A program made the translations under genes and the position numbers. The notes below the pieces were generated by a model that was given only the letters and a program-made list of their open reading frames with translations, did not search any database and was not told the origin of the DNA. A DNA stretch of 64,000 nucleotides, taken from the NCBI GenBank assembly GCA_025558095.1, contig JAIVFI010000045.1, positions 142,728 through 206,727 of the forward strand, read 5' to 3'. This document shows positions 10,777-23,459 of this stretch, in pieces. How positions within the stretch are numbered: the first letter of the stretch is position 1; each line of letters opens with the position of its first letter. Source of the DNA: Hyaloraphidium curvatum SAG 235-1. Lineage: Eukaryota > Fungi > Monoblepharomycota.

Positions 10777-13700
10777 ATGTCTGCCTCGGCGCCATCGCCA
10801 TCGACGCCGTCCGGAGAGCCGATGGAGCAGTCCGTCCTCGGTGGCGGCGCCGGCAACCTTCAGGTCGACCCGGACGTAATCAAGTTCCTCGAAACTCCGG
10901 ACCTCCCCATCCTGGGCGCGAAGAAGCTCACTCCGCGGCAACGATGGAACATCGACATGTCCGAGCCATTGATTACCACCGCCAAGTGCTACATCTTCAA
11001 GTTCAACATCCCGCAGTGGGGCAAGCTCTACCTGTTCGAGAAGAACATCTGCTTCCGGACGCTGCTGTCGGCCGGGCCCATGAAGCACAGCATCAAGAGG
11101 AGCTGGTCCGATGTCGAACGCGTCGAGTCCGAGGATGGCATGGTCCTCAACTCGATGCGGATTATCTACAAGTACGGGACCAAGGTGGGACGTTCGCTTC
11201 TTGGCCTGGCGGCCCTGACAACGCTCTCTCCAGACCTACCTGGCCTTTGAGCAGCCTGAGGAACGCGTTCGGATCCTGACCGCCGCCGAAAAGCTTCTCC
11301 GACGCGCGAAGCTCGGGTCGACGGGCTCCTTCGACGTTCTGAGTCCCATTTCGGAAACGGAAGACCTAGAGGACGAGTCGGATCCGCTCAAGGTCGCCGA
11401 CACGGCCTCCGTGAACGTGTCTTTGAACCTGACAACCCTGCGGCGTCCTGGGGCCGAGGGCACGCTCCGGATCCTGAAAGGGGGCAAGCCGAAACACATC
11501 ACCATCTTCACAATCGGAAGCAGGTGATGCCAAGCGTCGTGATGATCGCGGCTTTTGCCTTACCGTCGTGCCAGGGGTGATGTTCAACCCTTCATTTCGC
11601 TCTCGAAGACATTGATGAAGCGCGGCTACAAGGTCCGGATAGCCACTTTTGCGGAGTACAAGGCCTGGGTCGAGGGCCACGGCATTGAGTTTCGGACGGT
11701 TGCGGGTGATCCGACGGCGATCATGAGTCTTTGTGTCGACAACGGGTGAGCCGGCCGTGCTTATCGGTGGTCGATATCTCTGACAGAATGATAAAGGATG
11801 TTTACGATGAAGTTCGTCAAGGAGGGTCTCCAGCAGCTGGACTGGATCAAGAACCTCTTTGAAACGGCCTACGAAGCCACGGAAGGAACGGACCTCATCT
11901 TGCTCACGCAGAGCGCCATGATCGGCGCCAACCTCGCCGAGGCGCGTGCTGTGCCCTGTATGCACGTCTTCACGATGCCTTGGTCCGCCACGAAGGAATT
12001 CCCTCACCCGTTCATGGTGCCCGAGAAGGACAAGGGCCCGAGCTACAACCTCAGCTCGTGGAAGCTGATCGAGAATGGCATGGGGGCCGGTTTGCTGCTG
12101 AAGATCAACGAGTTCCGCAAAGCACACAAGCTTGTGGGTCGCAGTTTGGCTCGTTCACATTATCCTGCTCATCCGTTCTTGCTCAGCCGCCTACGTGGCC
12201 GCAGGGGCCTGTCGACTACACCCTCATCCCGACCATGTACTGTTTTTCGGAGCTGCTCGTGCCGAAACCGAGCGATTGGTCGCCACACACCTACAACACC
12301 GGCTTCTGGTTCCTGGACAATCCCGACCTTTCGTGGACCCCGCCGGCGGACCTCGTCGAGTTCCTCGATCGGAAGGACGGCAAGAAGATCGTCTACATCG
12401 GTTTCGGATCGATCGTCGTGCAGGATGCCGAGGCCATGAGCCGCGCCATCATCGCCGCGGTGGAACAGGCCGGCGTGCGCGCGATAGTGGCCGAGGGATG
12501 GTCGTCCCGCGGGAAGGAAAAGAAGGAGGCGGGGAAGCCGGCTGCCGCCCCGGCGCCGGCCAAGGAACAGAGCGACAAGGCTGTTGTCCCGACCCCTAGC
12601 TCCACCTCTTCTGTCGACGCCGCGGCGCCGCCGCTGCCTCCCAGGCGGCCGAATGCCGTCTTCCCCCCCGATCTGTCTCTCGGCGAGCGCGTGACGAGCT
12701 TCCTCTTTGATCACAATGGACTCACCAACGACGAAGCGTATGCCGGCCTCTACCAGATCCTCGCCGACTACTCCAGCAGAGTTGCTGGGAAGGGCGTGGA
12801 CGCGCCCATCGCGCCTTCCAAGTTCACCGAGGAGCAGGTTGCCGCGCTGAGGGCGGGCAAGCCTGTCCTGGGCCAAACGATCCCGGCGCGCGGCTCCCTG
12901 GGCCAGGCCGCGGACTTCGGAACGTCAAAGTCGAAGAAGGACAAGAAGGCCAAGGAGCCCGAGGCGCCGATCGTGTGGCCCGACACGATCTACAAGGTCA
13001 AGGCGATCCCACACGACTGGCTCTTCCCCCAGCTCGACGGCGTCGTCCACCACGGCGGCGCCGGGAGCACCGCCGCCGGCCTGCGCGCCGGGTGCCCCAC
13101 CATCATCAAGCCCTTCTTCGGGGACCAGTACTTCTGGGGCAAGGCCATCGAGCGGCAGGGCCTGGGCGTGTCGCTCGCGGAGCTCGACGCCGAGGACCTC
13201 GCCGCGGCGCTGGTCAAGATCACCACGGACGCGGACATGCGCGCGCGCGCGCAGGCGGTGGGGGAGAAGCTCCGCGCCGAGAACGGGCCCGAGGTCGCCG
13301 CGGACGCGATCGAGAAGGAGCTGGGCTGGGCACGGGACCTGGTCGAGGACCTCCTGACGCGGGCGCAGGAGAAGAACCGGCTCCGCGAGACGCGCAAGGC
13401 CGAGATGGCGGAGCTCAGGAAGCGCAGGGCGGAGATCGCTGCCGAGCGGTCGTCGCTAGAGGCCAAGCTCAAGGCGCAGGGCAAGTCCAAGAGCGAGATC
13501 GACGCCGAGGTCAAGGAGACGCTGCTCAAGTCGGTGACGATGGATCTCGACAGCGACGACGAGAACCAGGACGACGACGACGAGGACGAGATGTTGCAGG
13601 CAATGGCCGAAATCAGCATCGCGCCTCCCGGCGGCGTCATGACCCGCATGGCCAAGAAGACGGGTCAGGGGCTCATCAAGGCCACCGTGCTGGGCGCGGG

Positions 13701-13833
13701 CTTGGTGACCACGGGCCAGGTGTTCGGCCTGCAGCTGGCCAAGAATGCCTGGGACTTTGTCGTCGGAGGCGGCAAGAAGAAGGCGGACAAGGAGAAGGCG
13801 GCGGCGGACAAGGCGGCGGAGAAGGCGACCTAG
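10777..13833 (+). CDS. Sterol 3-beta-glucosyltransferase (UGT51/Atg26-like, GT28 N-terminal fold) with GRAM domain, multi-exon
   Basis: PQWGKLYLF (GRAM), TIGSRGDVQPF, VYIGFGSIVV, IPHDWLFP..VVHHGGAGSTAAGLRAG.PTIIKPFFGDQ.FWG. Confidence 0.9.
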
Positions 13834-13927
13834 AGCGCGCGACAGTGCTCTGATTGTGCTCGTAAACTTGCTATGGTATTGAACCATCAACGTTGAAAGT
13901 CCAAAAGGCCCAGCCGGCGCCTGCTTT

Positions 13928-16487
13928 TCATCCCAGCACCGTCAGGTTCGGGATCTCCTCGGGCCACGGCGCCCCGCCCCTGTCGATAACCCTGCGGAAG
14001 ACCGCAAAGGCGATCCTCGCCGACTCCCACGCCGCGCCGACCGCGCTCAGGCTTTCGAGGCTGGACGGGGCGTCAGCTGCCGGCCAAAGCGCACAAAGAA
14101 GAGCGAGCAGCCCACCAGGCCTCGACGTCCCTGATCAGCTCGTGGATCACCGGCGCCGAGACCGACTGCTCGCCGGTGGACCAGTCGGTGAACCTGCGGA
14201 AGCGGGCGAGCGCGAACACGTGGACCATCCCCTGGGCGGCAGATTCAGCAACGAACGGCCGATCGCACAGGCAGCCGACGCCCACCGCGCGGAGCACCGC
14301 CTGCAGCAGCGACGCCGGGAACTTTTCCGCCAGCTCCAGCTGGTTCCCGGCGTAGTTCCGGAACACGGACCGCACGAGCCTGCTGATGAGGATGGAGCTC
14401 GTCGAGGCGTCGAGGAAGTGCTGCGAGTTGAGCCACTCCTCGTCCGGCTCCTCTAGGTTCTTGATCCAGTTGGAGGGCGAGTTGAGGAGCACGTGGCACT
14501 GGTGGAACCAGATCATCTGGTGCAGGAGGCGGTACCCGACCATCTGGCCCCAGCTCGTGTCGCCCAGCGCGATCAGCCCCGGGCCGTCGCCCGCCGCGTC
14601 GAGCGTCTTGACCTCCGCGGGCACGTGCGCCGCGAAATCGTCCAGCATTCCGACCACGTCCTCGCGGCGGCGGCGCGCCTCGCGGTACAGCGCCTCGGTC
14701 GCGGGGTCCTCGGCCTTGACCGCCTTGCCCGCCGCGGCCTCGTACTCGGGCCGGTGCACCGAGAGGCCGGCGTCGCCGAACCACTTGCACACGCCGAGCG
14801 TGCGCCGGATCAGCTCGCCGAGCATCATCCCGCTGCCCGCGCACCCGAGGATCATCCACCTGCCCACGCTTGCGGCGAGCCTGCGCTCGCGCTCGGGGCC
14901 GCGTTGGTGCTCCATCCACAGCACGCCGTCCTCGCAGGTCAGCGGCACCGCCTGCAGAGGCGAGACGATCTGCATGGCCACCAGGCGCTCGAAGACAAAG
15001 TCCGCGGGGGCGGCGGCGCGCTCGAAGCCGGCTCCGTTGTGGGAAAAGTGCTCGAGGGGGGCGGGGTGGTGCGGGCCGGCGCGGAGGAAGAGGTGCTCGA
15101 AGCCCGGGTCCACGGGGGCGGGGAGGATGTGGAAGGTGACCTCGCTGCAGGGCACGGCTATGGTGCGGTACGCGTCGGTGCGCATGGTTGGGTAGGCATC
15201 GCGGACGTCCGAGAAGGCCGTGTCGACGTTGACGGTGATGAGGCAGGCGCGGGCGTACTCTTCGGCGCGGATCCATTCGCGGAGGGTAATGCGGCGCATG
15301 TTCTCGCGGGAGCGGTACGAAGCCTGCGCGGGGCTGGCGGGGTCCATGAAGGCGAGGAGCGGGTGCAGGGCCTTGAACGCCCTGTGCATCTCGATGGCGT
15401 TCTCGCGGTCGCCGGCGCGCGCAAACACGACGGTCGCAAAGACGGTGGCCTGGAGCAGCCGCAGCAGGCCGTCGTCGAGGCGCGGCGCGGGGTTGCTCAT
15501 CTCGTAGCGCAGGCGCTCCTCGACTGCGGACACGAGCGCGTTGCGGTACTCTGCCGAGGTCATCCCCGTGGTTTCGGCGACGGTCGTGACGAGCCAGCGG
15601 CGGTCCGCGCGCTTTTCTGCGGCCAGCAGCCCGCCCCACACGACGACGGTCGCCAGGATCGGGTCCGCGGTGCCGGTGAGCACGTCGACGACCAACGTGG
15701 GGTAGTGCAACAGCGGCGAGGTGGCCTCGGTGGTGGCGCAGAAGAGCTCGACGAAGTAGGGGAACAGGTCGTGCGGCGGCAGCTGCGGGTAGGCCGGACG
15801 CGGCATCTGCGGCGCCTGCTGCACCTGCTGGGCGGCGACGGGCGGCAGCACCGGCGCCTGCGGCGGCGGCAGGGCCATTGCGGGCGAGACCGGGCCGAAC
15901 GGGCCGCCTGCCATGGCGGGGAAGCCGTTTGCGGCCTGGAAGCCGGTCGTTGCCGGGAATCCGCCCGCCTGCGCGAAGCCGGCCTGCACGAAGCCGTTTG
16001 CGCCGAAGTCCTGCGGCCAGCCGGCCTTTGACCAGGCGAAGTTTGCGTCGCCCATGCCGGGCACCGCGGGCAGCCCGCCCTGCAGCACGGCGAACTGCGC
16101 CATGTCGGGCGTGGGCGGCAGCGGCGGCTGCTGCGGCTGCGGCTGCGGCTGCTGCTCGCGCTGTGGCCGGCGGCGCGGGGCGGGCGGCGCCCCTTTGGCC
16201 CCCGCGCACCGCGCGTTCCCGTTCGTGCCGCGCACGTGCTTCGCCAGCGCGTCGCGCCGCGTGAACGTCTTGCCGCACGCGTCGCACTCGAACGGCTTCG
16301 CGGCCGAGTGCGACTTCTCGTGGCGCCGCAGGTCGTACGCGCGCGCAAACGCCGTGCCGCACACGCCGCACAGGAACGGCTTGTCGTCGCTGTGCGTGAC
16401 GAGGTGGCTCTTGAGGTTGTGCGGCCGCGTGAACACCTTGCCGCACACGGGGCACGGGTGCAGCCGGTCGCCGCCGCCGCCCTCCAT
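13928..16487 (-). CDS. C2H2 zinc-finger transcription factor with fungal-type C-terminal regulatory domain; probable last intron near 14060-14115
   Basis: Three C2H2 fingers (CPVC..H..H, CGVC, CDAC) with KPF linkers; PLLHYPT and WIRAEE..R motifs. Confidence 0.85.
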
Positions 16488-16761
16488 GGTGGGGGAAGGG
16501 GGGTTGTTGCTTGAAGTTGGAGCCTGATCGACCTCGCCGCCCAGCCGCCGGATCCACGTCCCCATCAGCCTCTCGCCAGCCGCCGGGCTCCAAAGAACGT
16601 GGGTCGAGCCAAGAATTAGTCGTGGATCGTGGTATGCTTTGCTGCTCTGCTGGGCCGTGTTCTCTAAACCATCGATGTCCGGTCGTGACGTAAGGGGGAC
16701 TCCCCTCCCCCCCTCCACTTCCCGGCTCCAATCCACTCTCGATTTTGGTGCTGCCCGCTAT

Positions 16762-18035
16762 CTACATTTTGCTCTTCGTCTCGTTCACAGCCTGCCTCGC
16801 CGCCACCGCCATCAGCCCCGAGTCCGACGACAGGCTCACGAGCCTGAACCCCATCTCGATCGCCCTCTTCGCGTCTGCCGAAACAGCTTTCAGCATCGAT
16901 TCCGGCGCCCGGAAACGGCGACAAAACACCCACACTTGGCCGTGCCGCAGTGGATCCCCGCGAACTGCCCCCGCTTCTTGGTCTCGGCCAGCACCCGCGA
17001 GAAGATCTGCAGGATCTCGGGCTCCTCCCGGTCCAGCATGGGCTTGTAGCCGAGCGAGAAGCCGAGGTCCGCGGGGCCGATGTCTGTTTCGGGGCGGTCA
17101 GTTGCGTAGCTTCGGGGACGGTGGCGGGGAACCCACAGACGCCGGCGACGCCGGGCACGTCGAGGATGGCCTCGAGGTTCTCGACGGCCTCGCGGGTCTC
17201 GATCATGGGCAGGCAAAGCACCTCCTCGTTGGCTGCAAGTCCCAGTGAGCCGAATCATTGCCACGATCGCCGAGATGTCGGTGATTTCGACGGGAGTGTC
17301 AGCACCGGCTTCGACACCAGACGAAGCCTCCAAAGCCCCACCCGTGGTCTGGTACGACACGTTGGGGCTCCCGTACATGGCCACCCTGATCGGCCCGTTG
17401 CTCCGCTTCCCCATGGGCGGGTACTTGCACGCCGTGACAAAATCCTCGCACTCCTTCCGGTTGTTCACCTTTGGCGATCGCCGTCAGCCGCATTCGAGCA
17501 AGAAGCAGCCGGTGATTCCCACCATGGGGCAGATGACACCGTATGCCCCGGCGTCGAGCACCTTGCCGATGATCCCGGGCTCGTTCCACGGCACGCGGAC
17601 CATCGGCGTCACCGGGTGCGGGCCCATGGCCTGGAAGCACTGGACCTGAAAAGGCGCGGACCGTCGCCCGGGATCGCGGCGGGAAGGGTGCGGGACTGCG
17701 TACCATGCTCATGTAGTCCTGGACGCCGTGCTGCAGATCCACCGTGACCGAGTCGAAGCCGCTGCACCGGCGACGGGGAGCAAAGGAACCCAGAAACCGT
17801 CAGAATCCGCCTTCTCCGGCCGCAGAACGCAAGTAATCCCACCATCCCGCGATGACCTCGGCCGCAAACCCGCTCGGGATCGAAAGCCAGCTTGAAAACG
17901 TGCGGGAGACACCGTCGCGGGACGGGCCGGGAAAGTCAGCGTTCCCGCGTCCGGAAAACGGATCGCGCCAGAAAGAACAGACCCATTGACGACGGCCTTA
18001 TCTTGCGCCCAGAGCTCTTTCACTTTGTTCGGCAT
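16762..18035 (-). CDS. HpcH/HpaI-family class II aldolase, about 6 introns
   Basis: Spliced [67 protein letters not shown]. Confidence 0.9.
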
Positions 18036-18142
18036 GCTGAAGTTCCGGGGTGGTCGCCACAAAGGTTGGCGCGGCTGAACAATCACCACGCCCGCTTCCA
18101 CCCCTTTCGCCCCCCATCCCACGCGTTCCCGGCCCCTGAACG

Positions 18143-19269
18143 ATGCCCGACGCGCACCCCAGCCCGCTCTACAAGCCCCTCTCCGGGATCCCGGAGCTCC
18201 TCGCCGGCTGCGGCATCCTCTCGGGCGCCTACGGCGAGCTCGAAAGCACCGCCGCCGAGATCGTGCGGAGGGCGCTGTACCTCAAAATGAACTTCTTCGA
18301 CACGAGCGTGTACTACGGCGAGTCGGAGAGGATACTGGGGGAGGCGCTGGCCAGCGTGCGGTCGAGCTATCCGCGGTCGTCGTACTACCTCGCGACCAAG
18401 TGCGGACGATACGGGTACAAGACGTCGGAGTGCGACTTTTCGGGGAAGCGGACGAGGCAATCCGTGATGCAGAGCCTGGAGCGGCTCAGGACGGACTACT
18501 TGGACGTGGTGTACGCCCACGACGTCGAGTTTGCGGCGAGCGTGGATGACGTCTGCGGGCCGGGAGGCATTCTGGAGGAACTGTTCAAGATGAAGGTGGG
18601 CAGCAACCTTGTCTGATGCTCTTCTTAGGGCATCGGGGTGAGCGAACGTGTCCACAGGACGAGGGTCTGATCGGCCACGTCGGCATCTCCGGCTTCCCCC
18701 TCCCCGTGCTCCTCGCCATCGCCGAGGAACAGCAGTGCCGCGGCCGCCCCCTCGACGTGGTCCTTTCCTACTGCCACTTCACCCTGCAGAACGGCACCTT
18801 CGCCTCCTACGCCCCGAAGCTGCGCGCCGCGGGCGTCGGCACGCTCATCAGCGCCTCCCCCATCGCCATGGGCATCCTCGGGGAGCGGGACCTACCGCCC
18901 TGGCACCCCGCGCCGCCGGCGATGCGGGCGGCGAGGGAAGAGGCGGTGCGGTGGTGCACCCGGAACGGATGGGCGCTGGGAAACCTGGCGCTGCGGTACG
19001 CGCTGCGGGAACGGGTCAGGCCCGAGGACGGGGGATGGGACGCGACGCTTGTGGGGCTCAGGGGCGCGGACGAGGTGGAGAACGCGGCGATGCACAGGGA
19101 CGAGGTCAACAAGGGGGTCAAGGGGGAGATCGAGTTCGAGAGCGGGCTCGTGGAGGATGTGAAGGGCATCTTCAAGAAGCACGGGATGCTGGACTACTCG
19201 TGGGAGAGCCCGAGCGAGAAGGAGCGGGATAGGGCGGCGATCGGAAACATTCTGAAGTTAAGCTATTGA
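18143..19269 (+). CDS. Aldo/keto reductase (D-arabinose/L-galactose dehydrogenase-like); one intron near 18596-18657
   Basis: FFDTSVYYG, LATKCGRYG, SLERLRTDYLD..HDVEF, GISGFPL, LSYCH. Confidence 0.9.
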
Positions 19270-19482
19270 ATCGAAGAGTCGGTGATAGTAACACGTTTCC
19301 CCGCTTTGTCCCGTTCACAGTCCTCATGCCACGCCTCACATCTTGGCTACCTTCTCCCCAAACATCCTGAGCAGAATCCGGACGAACCGCCCCGTCACGC
19401 TGAAGACTGGTTGACGTTGAGAGAAGTGCCAAGTGGATCCAGCCATGAGCGAGACTCGTGTGAGACCAGAGCCCCACAGGCG

Positions 19483-20172
19483 CTAGTCCCACACGGAGAA
19501 TGTTTGATTCTGCAACGAGCGTGGTCGTGGAGGTGGTGATGGTGGGGAAGGGGTCCGGTCCCATGGACCGCGTGCGGCATACTCATGGGCCGCATCGACG
19601 GCAGGAGGCAGCGCCGGGTCGATGGCGGGAGGCAGCGCCCGATTCCGCCGTTGTCTCCCGACGCGCGCTCCCCCCGTTGCACCCCAAGGACGTGAATTGG
19701 TGTCGACGACTTTCGTGCCCAGCAGCATATCGGCCACGGTCCTCCGGGTCATCAGGTGGAGAACACCATCCACTCCCGGCAACAATAGATTCCGGGAGGG
19801 AAGAGAGGCGATAGGGACGGTGATGCGCAAATGCCTTCCGTCGAATTCAAAGTCAATGGCATGGTTGACGACACAGGCAATAGAGAGCCACTTTACGACT
19901 TCCCTGACCAGGACGGTGGCGGTACTCGCGGGCTGCCCAGACGCGGTGTCAACGACCGCAAGCCCGACAATACGCTTCCCGGGTTGAATAAGGGCGGTTC
20001 CAAAGCTGTAGAGGACCATCAAAGCGGTGGCGAGGACTGTGTCGCCGATTTGCTGCGGAACCACCTCCCTCGCGAGCTTGCGCAGAAGCGGTGTCAGCAC
20101 TGCGACATCCGTGGCAAATGCCAAGATCCGCTTCCCCGTTCCCGCGACGGGTGTGTCAACAGGTGGGGGCAT
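19483..20172 (-). CDS. RDD-family membrane protein (3' end uncertain)
   Basis: KRILAFATD, PGKRIVGLAVV, RRTVADMLLGTKVV. Confidence 0.7.
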   Translation of the reverse strand: MPPPVDTPVAGTGKRILAFATDVAVLTPLLRKLAREVVPQQIGDTVLATALMVLYSFGTALIQPGKRIVGLAVVDTASGQPASTATVLVREVVKWLSIACVVNHAIDFEFDGRHLRITVPIASLPSRNLLLPGVDGVLHLMTRRTVADMLLGTKVVDTNSRPWGATGGARVGRQRRNRALPPAIDPALPPAVDAAHEYAARGPWDRTPSPPSPPPRPRSLQNQTFSVWD

Positions 20173-20597
20173 CGTTCCGTTTTCGGCTCTGGGGTCCGAA
20201 CCCCTTTATGTTCTGTCCGTGCGCGTTCGATTCTAGGATCCATGCCGGCGATGGCGGCGCATCAGAGCGGGCCGGACATTGACGGGACGGCGGCGCTCAC
20301 TTCCAGACACTCGGGACGCCCGAGAGCAGCCGACCTCGCCGGGTTCGAGCGTGAAATCCTGCGGGGACCTTCCATTAGTCACAGGCGCGCGGTCATGCTG
20401 ACTGACAGGGGAACTTTCCAGACAACTACCTCAAAACGCATCTTATAATAGCACGCCTCGTCCAGAACGGGTCCGATGGACCTGATCGTTGTCTTCTTCA
20501 CGCGGACCGCGGCCCATTCCGCGGCCCATTGACATGCCGACATACCCCGTGAATCCCCAAAGGGCAGCTTGCTACTCCCTTAGTGTCGCCCATCGCA

Positions 20598-21113
20598 TCA
20601 CTTAAAGTACTCCTCCGCTTTGTGCTCCGTATTATCGCCCAGGTTAATAACCTTGGCTCTTCCGTCCTGCTTGTCCAGAATCGTGAAGTGCTTGGCCTTG
20701 TACTTGATCGTACAATTCCCGTCCACCTTGCCTTCCACCACGACATCTCCATTCTCAGCACGCAGCTCCACCTCCGAACAGCCGTCGATTTTGCCCTTTA
20801 TGGTTATGTTCTCCTTGGCGCTGATCCTGACCTTGGATTTACCGTCAATCTTGCCGTTGCCGGCCGTGCCAATCACCACGCTGCCGTCCCTGGCCACCAG
20901 TGTCGCAATGGAAGCCCCGTCAATGAACTCCTTGATTTCAATGCTCGTGGCCAGGAGCGTCGACTTGGACTTCCCGTCGATCTTGCCAACCTTGATGGAG
21001 CAGCCATCACAGTCAACGCTGACGTGGGCATGCCCATCTATCTTCTCATACTCCTGGTCTCCCTTCGGCTTCAGGTCAGCTCTGACGTCGGGACCGTCAA
21101 ACTTGATGCCCAT
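20598..21113 (-). CDS. Small intronless beta-solenoid-like repeat protein (~7 x 20-aa KIDGxS repeats)
   Basis: 171-aa ORF with repeats KIDGH, KIDGKS, FIDGAS, KIDGKS, KIDGCS, KVDGNC, KQDGRA. Confidence 0.75.
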   Translation of the reverse strand: MGIKFDGPDVRADLKPKGDQEYEKIDGHAHVSVDCDGCSIKVGKIDGKSKSTLLATSIEIKEFIDGASIATLVARDGSVVIGTAGNGKIDGKSKVRISAKENITIKGKIDGCSEVELRAENGDVVVEGKVDGNCTIKYKAKHFTILDKQDGRAKVINLGDNTEHKAEEYFK

Positions 21114-21299
21114 CGTCGAGAGCGGTGGCGGCACGCTGTGAGGCCGGCATCGTGAGTGGAAAGCATGCACGTGCGCACGAAGAGTACACGCACGACGGAG
21201 CAAGTGTGGAGAAGGGGTCCGGAAGAGAGGGGCGCTCGAACAGAAGAGCGGGGTCGGAGCTCCAACCACGGGACCTGAGACTTTGCAGCCGCCAGCGAG

Positions 21300-22150
21300 T
21301 TCAGCTCGGACCCGTCTGCGCCGCTGCTATGGTACGCACGTTTCTCACGCGTGCTGATGTGGAAACGCGGCCGGTTGGGGCGCCACTTCGCGCTGCAAAG
21401 CTGTCGCGAAGTCAGTCAGTCACGAGGAAGGGTCCGTGCAGTCGCCGCTCGTCCGCGTACGCTGGAACAGCGCTAAGGCGAACGAGGCCGCGCCATTAAG
21501 CAGGCGCAGGCCCCGGGCAACGCGCCCGATAGGAGGTCCGCAAACTCCCACGTACCGTCGTCGCGTCGGCAGACCCGGTTGCTGGTCTCTCGGCGGCGGC
21601 GGCGCTCCGGCAACCCAAACACACACTAACCTGATTACCGTTCCCAGAAGCCATCGTCGAGTTCCACCAAATCCACAAGTTCCACCAGGTCCGGGGAAGG
21701 GGAGGGCGAAACGGGGCCGGGGAGGGAAGGAGGGCAGAGGTGAGTCAGCGATTCCACGGCGAGGTGGATGCGGCTGGCCAGGGAGGCCGCCTCCTCCTTG
21801 ACGTCCGCATCGCACGCCGGCCGATGGTTCAGCTTGCGAGCAAAGTGACGACGAAGGATGGGGGTCGGGAGAAATCCGAGGTCCGTGGTGCAAAGGTGTC
21901 CGTACTTCGCCACGTCCTGGTGAACATGGGCGTCCGACAGGGCGAGCCGTGCGCACGGGCACGGGAACGACGCCCGCTGCGCAGCCCAATCGGAGAGTTG
22001 CATGCGGGCGAGCCACGAGTAGTGGTTGAAGGTCGTGCGGGCTAGAGGATCCGGGTAGGAGGCGATCGCACCGAAGGTCTCGCCGGGTGCGGGCAGCGGA
22101 TGGCGCCGGATGAAAAGTTGGGCCTTGTCGAGGAGGTAGGCCATGGGGAA
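21300..22150 (-). pseudogene. Possible degenerate Penelope-like retroelement fragment (pre-RT region)
   Basis: FPCPC..GHLCTTDL..LRRHFARKLNHRP resembles the CxC..GHxxTxDL..LR..KG motif that precedes PLE RT domains; broken downstream. Confidence 0.3.
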
Positions 22151-22675
22151 CGAAGAGCATTGAACGGAGACCGCCAGACTGGGCATGACCCAACGTCGGG
22201 GCCGGGAAGGTGCCTGGGGCGAAGAGTCCGATAAGAATATGTCTATACGAACGTCCCCCAACGATAGCAATACACGCGCGCGAAGTCTAGTTGTCACGAA
22301 AGCGGCGCAGCACCCTCTTCTGCCGCCGGGCCGAGCTGGAGGCGAAGAGCCGCCAGAAACGCGCCAGCGCCAGACCGTGGAAGCGAAGGACACCACGGTT
22401 GCGGGCCTGCGTCGTCTTATCCGACCCAAGGTCCAGATCACGGAATCATAGACGGTCGCGAGATCACACAAACGCGCATTTATGCTCTTTTCGCACGGCA
22501 CCTCGCGTGCAGTTATGGAGATGGTTCACCTAAGATTTAGACCGTCGGGTGATGGCGTCCCGCCAGTCGGAGACGTCCGATGCTTCACAATGAGGTCCAT
22601 CTGGACAGGATTCCTGCGGATTTCCTGCGCAAACCGGATGTGAAGGGATAGAATTGTTCAGGGCGGGAGCCTCGT

Positions 22676-23296
22676 TCATGCTGTCAGTACAAGGTCCACT
22701 CTCCTGTCCCACTCCTCGCAAGGCACATCCTCGCTCGCAACGAGCTGGCAACTGAGGCAAATGCCGACCACAAGTGGCTTCGTGAGCCCCCTTTGCTCAT
22801 AGTCGGCCGACAAAGTCTCCAGGAAAGTGTCGTAGTAACCTTTCCCGTGACCCAGCCGCTTCCCATCCTTCGAAAAGGCAACGCCCGGCACGATAACGAG
22901 GTCCAAAGGCGGGGAAACGTCGCGCCACTGTGTCCGTGCCGACCCGTCCGCGAAGGTGAGAGGAGGTTCCGGGATCCCCCATCGCGACTTTGGAAACGCG
23001 TCGACGGACTCTTCCGGCACGATTCTGAGCATGACCATGTCCTCCCTCCGCTTGCCCGTGATGCGCGGAACGAGCAGGGTCTTTTGCTTCGCGGCGTCGG
23101 CGATGATTTCGCGCGTTTGCAGCTCCGCGGGCATAGAAAGATAACAGGAGACCGTCCGCGCGGCCTGGTAAGCTTCCGACGCAAAAAGCCGCTGGACGAC
23201 CGCTGCCGATTCGGCGGCAATCGCGGCCGGTGTCAGAGCTGCCATGGTGGCAGCCATTCGCTTCCGAAGAGCGGCTTTCGAAGCAGCGACCGTCAT
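22676..23296 (-). CDS. 5-formyltetrahydrofolate cyclo-ligase
   Basis: KAALRK, WGIPEP, LDLVIVPGVAF..RLGHGKGYYD, D..VD. Confidence 0.92.
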   Translation of the reverse strand: MTVAASKAALRKRMAATMAALTPAAIAAESAAVVQRLFASEAYQAARTVSCYLSMPAELQTREIIADAAKQKTLLVPRITGKRREDMVMLRIVPEESVDAFPKSRWGIPEPPLTFADGSARTQWRDVSPPLDLVIVPGVAFSKDGKRLGHGKGYYDTFLETLSADYEQRGLTKPLVVGICLSCQLVASEDVPCEEWDRRVDLVLTA

Positions 23297-23459
23297 CCCG
23301 TCCGTCGGCCGACGCGTTCCGTTCTCCCTCAAGCCAAAGCCGATATCAACGATGCCAAACTGAGCGCTTGAAGTCGGAAAGCGGGAAGAATCGCTCGCAG
23401 GAAGGAGGTTCAAGCTGTCAAAGGGAACCGCGTGCGCCGCGACATCTCGACTTGATCCG

